Below, one piece after another: positions 41,581 to 53,800 of a stretch of DNA of 64,000 bases (position 1 is the stretch's first letter; each line of letters opens with the position of its first letter). Source of the stretch: Camelus ferus (taxonomy: Eukaryota); NCBI RefSeq assembly GCF_009834535.1, contig NC_045707.1, positions 62,436,001 through 62,500,000 of the forward strand, given 5' to 3'. The notes beneath the pieces were generated by a model. It made no database searches. It was not told the origin of the DNA and saw only the letters and a list, made by a program, of their open reading frames with translations. The position numbers and the translations under genes were made by a program.

Positions 41581-41811
41581 CATTTTAATAACATTCTATT
41601 ATATAAGAATATCATGCTTTAGTTTTCAAGAGTATTTTTGGTTTATTTTGTTATTTATTTTAATTCACTGCATTTAGGTAAGATTTGGTCAGTTTGCTGT
41701 TGATTGTTTGATATTTGCTGAAACAGAGTACTCTAAAAAATAGCCATTTTAATCCATATTGTATACGTGGTGGGGGGATAAGTATATTTTATTTGATGGG
41801 ATGGAAATCTT

Positions 41812-42110
41812 ACTTTTTTTTTTTTAGCTTATTTAGGATATAAGTGATTTGTAACACTGTAATTTTAAGACGTACAACACTATGACTTCATACATGCATG
41901 TACAGTAAAATGATTACCACAATAAGGTTAGCTCACACTGCCATCACCTCACATAAATACAATTTTATGTGTGTGTGATGAGAACATGTAAAATCTACTC
42001 CCTCAGTGCTCAAGTATATAATGTGGTACTGTTAACTATAGTCGCCATGCTGTGTATTAGATCCCAAGAACTTACTCATTTCCTGTTTGAAAGTGAGTGT
42101 CCTTTGATCA
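41812..42110 (-). mobile_element. Second L1 3'-end fragment of a related subfamily
   Basis: Poly-T followed by text colinear with 41270-41580. Confidence 0.8.
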
Positions 42111-42254
42111 GGCCTGTGGGATGAGTGATGTGGTCCATGTAAAACCATGCTTATTACACTTCTGATACGATCCTTCTAAGTCTCTGTGGCCCAGGAATGT
42201 GCTTCTGCCTCACCCCAGGGGTTCTAGGGGTTTCACAACGGTGTCTTATCTATG

Positions 42255-42825
42255 CGTCACCTCTGTGGTCGATCCCGGCAAGTGTCCTTCTGCCTAGTGT
42301 CCTTCGAACCAATAGAACATGACTGAGTTAGGTTCAGATGCAAAGGAAAGCCCTATTCTTTGATCATAGAATGGAGAGGTACAAGCTTGTGCCCCAGAGT
42401 ACAGGCTTTCCCTGCCAGGACAGGCCCGCAGCAGGGCTGCGTTATAGGATTCTTGTCGGCAGTGAGGGGCAGAGTTCTCGCCAGTGCAGTGAAGCCGCAC
42501 TGCTCAAGGCTCCAGAGCGCAAGGTCAGACCACGCCCAGCGTCTCTGCACCCGGCCCGCCGCCGCCATCTTGAATTGCGGTGTCGCGCACGCGCACGCGC
42601 ACGCGCACACGCTTCTGCGCATGCTCCCGGAGCTGAGCTGTCAGGTGCCGCCTTTTGGCTCAAGGAACGCCAGTCTGCGGTGCCTGCGGCAAGACCTCTG
42701 CGTGCGGCCCTGTGTGAGCAACTGAAATTAAGCTAAGCACAAAGGAAGGAAAGGTTGGACTTTCTTTTATTACCTACGTTCTATTTTTATTTCTCGGGAA
42801 CTGTTAACGGGCTTTGCCACTAACA
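42255..42825 (-). mobile_element. Solo ERV LTR, copy B (same family as 4796-5360), inserted in an antisense L1 5'UTR
   Basis: Minus strand TGTTAGTGGCAAAG...GAGGTGACG, 571 bp, colinear with copy A; both flanks (42110-42254, 42826-42900) read as L1 5'UTR similar to 23080-23300. Confidence 0.8.
42420..42815 (-). promoter_or_regulatory. CpG-island promoter candidate inside LTR copy B
   Basis: YY1 GCCGCCATCTTG 42561-42572, (CGCGCA)4 42584-42607, NRF1 TGCGCATGC 42616-42624, minus-strand TATAA 42442-42446, MYB-type ACTGTTAACGGG 42800-42811. Confidence 0.75.
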
Positions 42826-42914
42826 AGCGGAGCTGCTAGTTGGTTTTCTTGTGAGGTGGGCTGCGGTTAGGAGTCCCCTACTTTGCTATCTTGAATGTCA
42901 TAGTTGTTTTAAAT

Positions 42915-43840
42915 GCCTAGACTGATGATTTCAACCTCCCTGCCGTGTCTATTTCTGACACTTGCTCTGTCCCTTCAAATTGTGTTTTTGTTTTGTTTTG
43001 TTTTGTTTTGCCTTTGGTATGCCTTGTAATCTTTTTCTGATAGCTGGACATGAAGTGCCAAATTAAAGGAATGGCTGTAAATAAGCTTTTGGTAATGGAG
43101 ATTCGGGGTGGGGGAAGGGGAGGCATTCTCTAGTCCTGCGATTAGGTCTCAGTCTTTCAGTGACCATAGGCCTCTGGACTTCACAGGTGTTCTCAGTTTT
43201 TCCCTCCCTCTTTGGGTGGGACAGGATGGTTGGAGTGGGCACTTCCCTTCTCTTACGTGCAGGGATAGAGCTGACTGGAGTTGGGTATTTAATTTCCCCC
43301 AGGTCAGTTAGGCTTGAATGATGCCCCAGCAGGTTAGGTTCTGGTTAACTAGTTTCACCTGAGGTCGGGCCTTGTTTAGAAGAACAGAGTGCTCTGGAAT
43401 ATGTCAAAATAATTCCTTTTCCCTTCTACCTATTGGGAGCTTGAGGGGATTTTTCTCTGATGTTCATGTAGAGAACCTGGTCAAGATCCTGGAGGTAAAT
43501 CTCACAAAATTTTGGGATCCCTCCAATAATGGGGAACCCTGGAGTTTTTTTACTCTTAACAGTTGTCTATATTGAGCCTCCAGCAATTTGCCAGTTACCC
43601 TTGCAGTTTTCCTACCCCGGCACCGGTTCCTGCAGAGGTTTCTGCTTGTACATCTCTGCTAAGTCGAGACTCCTTGTGTTTGCCTGTCTGTCTCTCTAAT
43701 CTTGGACAGAGCAGTTTGCCCTATATCCTCCCTTCTCTTATGGATCCAGGGAAGATTTGTTTTCAGTCTGTTCAGCTTTTTACTTGCTTTTGGGATAGAG
43801 TGGCAACTTCCAAGCTCCTGACATGCAGAACTGAAAACTA
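42915..43840 (-). mobile_element. L1 5'-region fragment
   Basis: Antisense ORF 42917..43126 (SSYQKKITRHTK...QFEGTEQVSE) resembles the L1 pre-ORF1 region also seen at 61960-62080. Confidence 0.75.
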
Positions 43841-45368
43841 GGATTAGCTCTACAATAACACTATTGTATACAACATACAACACTAATATATACTTAAGTC
43901 TGACTGGCACCTTGCCCACTCCTTGCCTACTTGCATTCTGCAAAGGCTTACTCTGTCCTTCCTTTTCAAGATGCTTGCTCTTTATCTCTTACGGGACTCC
44001 CAGGCACTGACCTTATCTCTGTCCCCTTTACAAAACTACAATATCACTGCCTTCTCCAGTCTTACCATAGCTCGTTTTCACCTGTTCTCACTTCTCGTCC
44101 CCCTAGTATTATCCTGCAAGCTTTACGTATCTACGTCTTTAGAAAAAGCTGGTCTTTTGTAGATAGTGGAAATCAGTATAACAGGACAGGATAAAGTGGT
44201 GGTGAAGAGCTCAGACTTTGGGATGAATCAGGGATAGATTCTAACACTTTCACCATGGAGATGGTCCACAATTGTGATCAAATTATTTAACCTCTCCTAT
44301 CTATAAATTGACACAATATAGCCCTGACCTCATGGTGTTTTCAATGAGACTATTTGTAAAGCACTAAGCAACTAGCTTCTTTCAAGTGTAAACAATTAGC
44401 TCCTTGCCTCAGCTGCACCCAGCACTTAGTTGGATGTTTCTAACACTTTTCTCAGCACTTCCTTGTGCTCTAAGTGTTGAGGAGTTCCTACCCTATACCT
44501 CTATAGGGGGAATTCTTGAAAAACAAAGAATAAGAGTTATTATATTAAGCTTCCTTTTTAAATTTCTCCAGTAAATAAATATTGAAAAACTTCACAAGAG
44601 CTTCTTCTAAGTTCACGGTAGAATTGGCACCAATCACTCCCATTTGTCATCTTTTCACTAGATTTACATCTTTCCCATTTTACTACGATCCATTTTCTTC
44701 ACACATTCCCTTTGCCTCCCTCTGGACCACCGTGTATGCATTGCATCAATATTATCGTCAAGCCTCTATTGTTTTCAGCATGTGTGTGTGTCCTGTTCAG
44801 TCGTAAGAGGATTTACATCTCCTTAGAGTTGAAGTACTTGGAAAAAGTTACGTTAAGTCTTTCTAGAGGTCTGGAATTCTGGGAGACTGAATTGTAAACT
44901 AAAATTGTACTGTCCAACCAGTTGATCATCAAAATTCAATTCCAAGGGTCTGTACCTGAAGGTTTATAATTCAATAGTTTAACTACCTTCATTTCTTTTA
45001 CCCCTCTGACTTCCTGCGTGTAGAATATAATTTTGCATTAAAGGATGTATTGTCAGTATTCCCTATACAGAAACTAATCATATGGTAGCACATAATTCCA
45101 GAACACACTAGTAGCTGCTAGAATACAACTATTCTGTATTCTGCAATTTTTTTGATGACTTTATAGTTCACTAATCATCGACACAACAAATTATTTTCAT
45201 TTTATTCTGCATTTCTTAAATATATGTATTTCTCCAAAAGAGGCCAGTATCTCAGGAATCAAGTAACAAAGGCTGTTTGCATATGCACATGAAATTCATG
45301 ATTAAGTGATAAATTCATGATCAAGAACAAAAATATTTCTTTTGAAATCCGTATTTATCCAAAACAGT

Positions 45369-45611
45369 TCATAATGTTAATATCACATTAAATGTTGATG
45401 TGACATTTTCAATGATATTAATAATGCAATTTTTATCATAAGGATTATTTAACTTTGAGATTGACATCCTTAATAGAGGATGCTCATTAAAATTAGCAAC
45501 TGTAATTTGAGACATTATGATCCAAAAATCAGGCATGTAATGTACTATTTTCCTGGATATTGCACAATGCTTGTGTAATAAACATGTAATGGAAAACAAC
45601 ACATTACATGC
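45369..45611 (-). pseudogene. Pseudo-exon candidate, frame ambiguous
   Basis: Acceptor T12-aaagcag. One frame is open for 80 codons (ACNVLFSITCLLHKHCAISRKIVHYMPDFW...). The phase-2 frame required by the upstream exon reads HVMCCFPLHVYYTSIVQYPGK*YITCLIFGS*. Confidence 0.45.
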
Positions 45612-45945
45612 CTGCTTTAAAAAAAAAAAAACTACCTGTTTTATACTCCTCAACCTTTCTAATTTAAAATAATAGCACAAAACAAATCATTTCATCTTCA
45701 ATAACAAATAAAATTGCAGTAATCAAGAGGCTCCTCAAGTGTTGAGGACTATTTTTTTTAAGTTTTTTCCTCTAGTTTTGTTAATTTAGTATTCTGTAAT
45801 CTCTTCCTTGAGAAACAATATAAATATACATATTTTTAATGGAGACATTTAAATTAGTCATATTTAAAGACCCATGGTGCCCAAATACTTTAACTTGTGA
45901 TGAATAACAGTTAGTATTCTAAGCTTGGCCAGCCTCTAGGTATAC

Positions 45946-46159
45946 TGCATAAGCAGGTTTTCTCCACTGAGCATGAAGTTGTCCACTAATTTGTCTTTGA
46001 AATACATCCTTGGCAAGATGTGTTCTGGAAGTTGTCCAAATTAATCAGGCTTCTTGAACATGTAGATGAAAATGTCTTTATAGTAGAGTCAAAGTATATT
46101 GCATTAAAGACACTGAATACTCCTAGGCTCCCAGCAAGCTTGTGATGACTATTATGTTG
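45946..46159 (-). pseudogene. Pseudo-exon candidate
   Basis: Acceptor tgtattatcag; ...SSQACWEPRSIQCL*CNIL*LYYKDIFIYMFKKPD*FGQLPEHILPRMYFKDKLVDNFMLSGENLLM; a different frame is open over the 5' part, so an internal frameshift is possible. Confidence 0.45.
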
Positions 46160-47774
46160 CTGATAATACAATATGAAAGTAATAAATCAACTTCTTAATT
46201 CCCTATCCTTCCACATCCAAGTAAATGGAACCGTCATCCTTCCAGTTGCTCAAACCATTTCCTCTCATCTTCAAATGGATGGTTTCTTCTATTCCCACGT
46301 TCATTCATCCCTGGCCCATAGAAGGCTCTCAACAAAACTTCTGAGTGAATAAACCTAGTATATAATACACTATTGCATAACAAGCCCTTAGATGGCATAA
46401 CAAAGGAAACAAATCTAAGAAGGATGACGCATCAGCAGTAACTATACAGTCAATTCCAAATATTCTTATAAATAATTTCTATTATTTTGTTCTTTATCTC
46501 TTGCTAAAATAAAGCAGTGTATACAGAGAACATAGCCCTATTGATAGTAGTGATATAGTTAATTACATACTTAATAAATATAAGTAAAAGTAATCAATAT
46601 AATAAAACATATAATGAAAGTTAACTACATAAAAGGTACTGTCCTGGTGTCTGGGGATAAAGTAGCTTTCTCTTAATACATGGTAAGTGGGTGAAACGAT
46701 TAAGATTTTTTTTGTTTATCATTAAAATTTTAGTTCTTTATGATTTTAATGGCTTATAACATGATTGTAGTGGGTCACCATTTGTCTTTCAAATTTATTG
46801 AAACAAAGGTGACAATAACTGATCGATAATATAGTAAAAATGTTTAGATCAGATTTCTTCTTGAAAAAATGTTTATCAATATTTAAATCTATATAAATCC
46901 ATTTTAAAATTTTATTATTTTCTTTTGTTCTTATAGTTCTTTCTCGTGTATTTTTATGGATAAAATTAGTAGTCAAAGTTAAGAAATATTTTAAAGAAAA
47001 TCAATGATAATAGTCAAAAAAAGACATTACTAAATCCAATGGATGTTACAGTCACTTATGAAATTAAAATTGAAAAATCTTCAGCTCATCTTTATGAAAA
47101 CCCAATAGTTCCAGATTTATCTAAACTCACATTCCTTCCTCCCAGAAATATAGCATACACCTGCATAACTGGGGGAAAAGTATTAGTATAATTTAACTTG
47201 AAAAATAAATGTTACTATCACTGAAGTGTAAAGTATGAATTAATTCATTTATTAGTTTTCTCAACAAATGCTTATGAAATATATACTGCATCCCAGACAT
47301 TAGGCTGTGTACGTGGAGCAATTATCAAGAGAAAGGAAACAGGAGAGATTCTGTACGATTTTTTTTTCTTAAGCAATAGAGTGTGACAGTGTTTCAAATA
47401 ATTCTACTTATGTTATCTTGCTTTTATTCACTTCGCTCTTATAATGCCATAGATTTCTGGCAGGAAGCGGCTAACATATTTCTTGTCTTTTAGTAGGGCT
47501 AAGACTGTAGCTCCTTATGTGAGCCACTTAATTGCACCACATTACAAAACCGTCTCTACAGAAAGAGTTCCATCTGAAGTATTTTTAGAATTGCTAATAA
47601 AAAAATATTGCCCTCAAAGGATTAGATGTTTAAATTGAAGGGAAAAGTATCCTATTCTAATTAGATTGCCTAAATAATTATCTGAAATAATTATTTGAAT
47701 TCTTAATTCTAAGCATGGCTTCTTTGGTGCTATTTTGTATATTTTCCACATCATCATTATTAATATTATTAGAC

Positions 47775-47907
47775 TCTTGGTCTAGTAAAAACAGCAATGA
47801 GTGACTTTGTTGTTCCATTCCAGTGCTTTCCGGTTGAGAAGAATGGGTGGACCTAGGCTGGTAATATCCTACAGCTGCAAAGAGTTCTCTTTAGATCACT
47901 TTGATTT
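47775..47907 (-). pseudogene. Weak pseudo-exon candidate
   Basis: Acceptor ccttatccag; KSK*SKENSLQL*DITSLGPPILLNRKALEWNNKVTHCCFY*TK; weak donor. Confidence 0.3.
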
Positions 47908-47929
47908 CTGGATAAGGATTATGAATAAT

Positions 47930-48420
47930 GTGCAGCCCACATTTAAGCAATAGGGAGTTGTGTTTCACCTCCTTGAGAGTGAAATATGTACACAAATTGC
48001 TTGGAACTGTAATGCATGGGAAATTTGACTCTTTTCCCTAAAATTTACTTATTCAATCATTTATGGATATCAGTATGAACCAATATAAATAAATAAATTT
48101 GCATAAATAAATAATTCATGATTATTTTGCACTTAGTTTATAATACAATACTACTTTACTTATTTATTTATTTTTTGCTCAAAATTCCAGCCTTTTCATT
48201 TGGTTCCTGTGTTCCTCTGACATACGCACATCATTTTTGCTTTTGTTCTTGTTTTGTTTTCTTTTGGAGCACTTCCTTATTTTTTGGCACTATAATATAC
48301 TCCAGGATTATCTTGTATATTTCCTCCCCTAGTCCTACAGTCAGCCATTTCTTTTAAGAGCTCTGACTGTCTGTATTAAAGACTATTTTTTTTTTTTTAA
48401 ACCAAGATCAGGAAGATAGA
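47930..48420 (-). mobile_element. L1MC-like 3' fragment
   Basis: Reverse complement resembles 35380-35760. Confidence 0.7.
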
Positions 48421-48967
48421 TGTATTGACCTTTGTATATTGAGCATGTGTCTCGAACTGGTTAATTTCACATATTAGTTCTAGTGTCTTTTATGTAGATT
48501 CTCTTGGATTTTCTTTGCAAATAACCGTATTTGTGAATAAAAACTTTGCTTATGCTGGTAAAGGGCAATCTATGAAAAATCTACATCAAGTATTATACTT
48601 CATTGCAAAATGCTTTGCTTTAAAATCAGAATCAAAACAATGACCATCACTTATCTTCAACATTGTACTCAAGGTCCTAGTCAGTACAAGAAGAAAAGAA
48701 AAATACAAGAAGGAAGAAATAGTACTGTTATTATTTGGTTTGTAATTTTTTTTAAAGCCCCACATAAATTATTAGAATTATTATGTGGTTCAGCAAGTTT
48801 ACTGGGAAAATGTCAGTGCAGAGAATTGTATTCTACACTCTAAATTTATACACTCTCAATGAAAAAGAGAATGAACCCAATTCCTTGCAATAGCATTAAA
48901 ATAGCTTAAAAAATTTTCAAGACCTCTGTAGAGAAAACTACAAAATATTTATAAAAAATTTAAAAAC

Positions 48968-49873
48968 CTGTATTAATATTTTGTTGCTGCTGCACAGTTA
49001 CAATTCTGAAGGTCAGAAGTCCAAAATGGGTTCCACTGGGCTATAATCAAGGTGTCTGCAGGGTTGTGTTTCTTCTGGAGACTCCAGGCAGAAATCCATT
49101 CTTTGGTCTTTTCTAAATTCTAAAGTATCCTTTGAGTATCCCTTGGCTCACAGCACTTTCTTGCATCTTTAAAACCAGCAATGGAACATCAATTCTTCCT
49201 CACATCGCATCACTCTAATATTAACTCCCTTGTCCCCCCATTTGAGGTTTTCTCTATCCTATTCCTTATTTCCTCCTGCATACTCACAAACCAAATTTTT
49301 TACTCACTTAATTTCTACTAACAGTTTGTTCAGAGCAATCTATCCTATTCTGCAATGCTCTCAGAAGTCCTCCTGTCTTTTGTTTATTCCCCAATCCCAA
49401 ACACACTTCCACATTTTTAGGCATATGGTACAATGGCAGTCCACTTCTAGGTACCAATATCAGCATGAGTGCCCTACTGCTGCTTTTATAAATTATCATA
49501 AACTTTGTGTCTTAAAAACCACCGATTCATTATCTGATAGTTTTAGAAATCAGAAATCATAAATTTAAAGTGTTGGCACAGATGCGTTCCATTTAGAGGA
49601 GAATCCATTTCCCTGCCTTTTCTAGCTTCTAGACTCATAGTCCCATCCTTTATCTTAAAATCCAGTAGAATGGTATCTTCTCTATGACTGAGCTTCCTTG
49701 CCCCCTCTTTCAAGGATGCTTTAGATTAAACTGTGCTAAGTTTCATAATTTAGGATAATCTCCTCATCTCAAGACCCTTAGCACAGCCCTTTTTGTCATA
49801 AAGGCTAACACATTTTCTTATTATGGGGATTGAAGCATGGATATCTGTAGAAGGTCATTGTTCTGCCTACCAC
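48968..49873 (-). mobile_element. MLT1 MaLR LTR/internal/LTR remnant inserted in an old L1
   Basis: Two MLT1-like segments ('ctgaaggtcagaagtccaaaatggg', '...ttctgcctaccaca') around an MLT-int-like piece; L1 ORF2 text resumes on both sides. Confidence 0.75.
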
Positions 49874-50143
49874 AAGATCTAAATGAATGAAGGTACTACC
49901 GTGTCATTGACTGGAAAGTTTGTAAAGATGTCAATTTATTTCAAACTTTCCAAATTGATATATTAATTCACTGCACTCCTTAAAAATATACAAGAAAATT
50001 TTTAGGGGAAATTGGCTAGTTAAGTCTAAATTTCACATGAAAAAGCATAGTTCAAAACTACCCAAAAAATCCTTTAGATAAAATACAAAGCAAGGATGAA
50101 GTATTTATTACACAAGTTAGCAAATTTTACTATATGTGTACGT

Positions 50144-50158
50144 ACACACACACACACA

Positions 50159-50220
<62 letters not shown>

Positions 50221-50266
50221 ACTCTCTCACTCTCTCACTCTCTCACTCTCTCACTCTCTCACTCAC
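50144..50266. repeat. (CA)n(CT)n(CACTCTCT)n compound microsatellite
   Basis: Directly visible. Confidence 0.95.
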
Positions 50267-51231
50267 TTATGTCCAGACAATATAAACAACTCCTATCAAA
50301 GATAGACTTACTGGTAGAAAATGCAGGCAAAAAATTTGAAAAGACACTGCACAAAGGGGATATAAAAACACCCTAAAACCGTGTGAACATGTCCTCAACT
50401 TCATTAGAAATCAGAGAAATGAAAATAGAAGACGTAATGCAAATCACTGTGTTCTGACCAGGATGATTAAGATTAAGAAGACTGACAATACTGACTGTTG
50501 TTGAGAATGTGAAGAAATAAAACCTCTCATAGTTGGTAGGGATATAAATTGGCACAGCTATTCTCGGTCGCTGTTTGGAAACTTTGTTAAAATGAAATAC
50601 ATTCATCTTCTTGACCCAGAAATTTCACTTCCAAATGAACAGTAAATAAAAATGTGATGTAGTGAAGGCAGAACATTATAAATGTATTTAGTATCATTGA
50701 ATTATACTCCTAAAATGGTTAAAATGTTAAATTTTATGTGTATTTTACCACAATAAAAAAATGAAAAAACCATAAAGGAAATTCCACAAAAGGCAATGTT
50801 GGATCTTTTTTGGAAATTGGCTTGAACAAACCCACTATAAAAAGTCACTTTGGAGACAATTCAGGAAATTCGAATGAATGAATTTGAGTGACAATTAGAT
50901 GATGTTAAAGAATTACAGTTTCAAAAAGAATTATCCACATGAGTACCAAAAGATAAGTACTAAGAACATTAATTTCATTATTAATTATAATTGCTCAAAG
51001 TTGATACTACTCAAATGCCCATCAACATCATAATGACGACTACTGTAGTTTATTCAGACAAATAGAATATAGCCATAAAAGTTTACAGTGGATAAAGCTC
51101 ACACACACGAAGTAGAATGAAATAAATCACAGGGAAAAGTATTCATAATGTATTGATTTCATTTCATATAGGTTTTTTTTAAGGCCAAACTAATTTATGT
51201 TGTTAGAATTAAGGAGAAGTTACTTTTGAAA

Positions 51232-51362
51232 GCTTTGTCCAATTTAGAAAGAAAAACAGTACAGGACACAGAGTTAAATTTAAATTTTAGATAAACAATG
51301 AAAATTTGTGTAGGATAAGTAGGTACTGAATATTACATTTTGTACTTTATCTGGCAGCCCTA
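51232..51362 (+). mobile_element. MER53-like hAT relic
   Basis: 'acaggacacagagttaaatttaaattttagataaacaatgaa...atctggcagccct'. Confidence 0.7.
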
Positions 51363-51576
51363 TTTGGGGGCAATTATAGATGATGTGGATTGGAAAAGGG
51401 TTTGAGAGGGACTTAGATGATGCTAAAAATGTTTTTCTTTACTCAGATTGATGTTACATGTGTGTTTACTCTCTGAAGAGTCACTGAGCTGTGCATTTGT
51501 ATTTTGTGCACTTTTGCTGATGTATGTTTTACCTCATAAAAAAGTAAATATTCGTGTTTAAATGTAATAGGCTCAC

Positions 51577-51715
51577 TGGAAATACTCAAAGAAAAAAATG
51601 GACTTATCAGGTAAATTAAAGAGAGGATTCAAACATCAGAATTTGGTAGAATTCCAGGAAATGAAAAGTCCACTTTAGTGTCAAGAATCTATGGCCCATG
51701 ATTTCTTACAGGTGT
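51577..51715 (-). pseudogene. Pseudo-exon candidate (phase 0 start)
   Basis: Acceptor AA in place of AG; TPVRNHGP*ILDTKVDFSFPGILPNSDV*ILSLIYLISPFFSLSIS; donor GTGAGC. Confidence 0.4.
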
Positions 51716-53324
51716 TTATAATAAAGAAATTTTAATAAACTTTTTGGTTGTGATCTCTCTGTAACTCACTAGAAACACAGGGTAACTCTTTCTTAAGAAC
51801 AAACCCAATTCGGTATTTATTTCTTTTGGCAAATGAGTTTTAACTTTACTAATATATCTTACACTAAATCTGCATTGTTTATCAGTCAATATTACTTTCT
51901 AGCAAATGTTAATAAGCTTGACTTGTCAATTCTCTATTTCTGTAGAAGTAACTAAACAGAATATGCCTTCACCTGCTAACTATGCTGGACTTAATTAGTT
52001 CATATAATACCCATGTGAGGTAGGAAAATAAACATTTTACTTTCACTTTACGAATGAGGAAACAGCTACAAGTGTGTTAGACCATTTTCCTGAGGCCATT
52101 CAGTAAATTAATTGGAGAAGCAATAAATTAAGAGTTTCAATTCTTTCACTAATCTTCTATTGACTTGTGTTTGTCAGGCTGTTGTCAACACATAAAATCT
52201 AAAAGTCAAAAGTACAAAATATTTCGTTAAAAGTGTTCTGTATTCACACGAACAATTAGGATATTCAAAATTACTCAGCCAAAAAAAGAAAACATTCTCA
52301 TTTTTCTACATTTGAATGAATGCTCATTTTCTTATCCAAATTCTGAATCAACAGGAATATGAAGGTAAGGTGTTATTACAATTTTCACTGAAAGTTATAT
52401 TTAAAGCACTAGATTTGGAATTTAGTACAGCAGACTGGGTTCTCGTCCCTCCTCTGTCAATTTTAAAGGCTTTGAATTAGGCAATTGTTTAATCATACAG
52501 AGTTTTAATTTTACCATTTCTAAAAAAATGGAAATGGGAACAACTGGCCTGTATATTTTGTTATTGGGAAGATTAAACAAGAAATGTTTTATGTTTTTAT
52601 GAGTGCTATGAAATTGATCACTTTGTACTTTACAGTACATCAGTGAATTTTTAGGAAATTTCCAGAAATAGTTTGTTTTTAAATAATCAGTATGAAAATC
52701 AATGTCTCTAGTCATTCTGCTCTGTGTGTCTACACTATCTAAAAGTTTTAATGAATCTGTTTTTTAATATGTTTATGGAAAGCTAGAAGTTTTTAAATGA
52801 TCAAGTGTAGAACTGACTTTACATGGAAAATCTAATCTAGGCTTTTTTTTTTTTGAGCATATTTAAAAAATGTGACAAAGTGGCTGAATAGTCATAATAG
52901 CTGAAGTTTACTGAGAACTTGCTATTTTAAGATACTTTTATCTATGATATTATTTGATGCTGTCCACATCATTATGAGTTTGTACTATTATTTCCTCCAT
53001 TGTACAAATTAAGACATTAAGGCTGGGAAGTTTACTGCCTAGTTTTAATCTGATTCACTACTTAGTAGCTAAGTAATATGAGGAAATTTTTTATGTCACA
53101 CATCTTCATTTGTAAGCTTGGGGTGATAATTCCCATTGCATAAAGTGTTTGTTTTTAATTAGTTAACACTTAAAAGGAACTGACTTTTTTTGAAGTAGCT
53201 AAGCCACCAATTAATATTAGCTATTATTTACTCTATTGTGTGCAAATCAATATCCTTTTTAATGACATGTATTTTTTATAATCCAAATTTATTGTGACCC
53301 AAAGAAGATGCTTATTTTATTTTA

Positions 53325-53800
53325 TAGTGTTGGAATGCTCAGCTGATGTCAACTTCTCACTCTTCCTTGATAACAGAACCTCAAATTTGCACAGTACAGC
53401 AACATTCTGAGCCCAGAATACTGTCTCAGATTCCCTTCACTAGGGAAAGCAGGTGACACATTTCTGGCCAATGTTACGTAAGCTAAGGATATCTAGAAAG
53501 TTTTTCCCCCATTCTGGTTTCAATATTTATTTGTCTCTCCTTTCCATTCTCTTTCTACCTGTAACACCAGTGTGTGATCTAGAGTAGTAATAGCCATCTG
53601 GAGATGATGAATCATTAAACATGGTAATGGAAGCTAGCACATTCATGTTAGTAAAAAAAAAAAAAAAATGATTATGTGTCCCCAGTTGCATCACTGAGTC
53701 ACCCAGTATGACTGCTGAACTCTGTGTCTCTTGATTTCTTTTTTGTTGATTCAGAGAAGCTTCCATGTTTTACTATTTCAGCCACCTTAGTAACATTCAC
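53325..53800 (+). mobile_element. Old MLT1-type LTR fragment
   Basis: 'ctcttccttgataacagaacctc...ttctggccaatg...tagccatct' pattern of old MLT1 LTRs. Confidence 0.5.

Larger units (their letters stand above)
49875..51545 (+). mobile_element. Old L1ME-like ORF2/3' fragments
   Basis: 'tcaacttcattagaaatcagagaaatgaaaat', 'tcaaatgcccatcaaca' and similar phrases. Confidence 0.7.

Noticed and set aside
42338..42736. Overlapping ORFs with RARARAR/AHAHAH, and MAAAGRVQ after the YY1 motif
   Set aside because: Products of GC-rich LTR sequence and the hexamer repeat; the frame after the ATG is not conserved between LTR copies A and B.
50096..50376. Ser/Leu/His-repeat ORFs
   Set aside because: Translation of a compound microsatellite.
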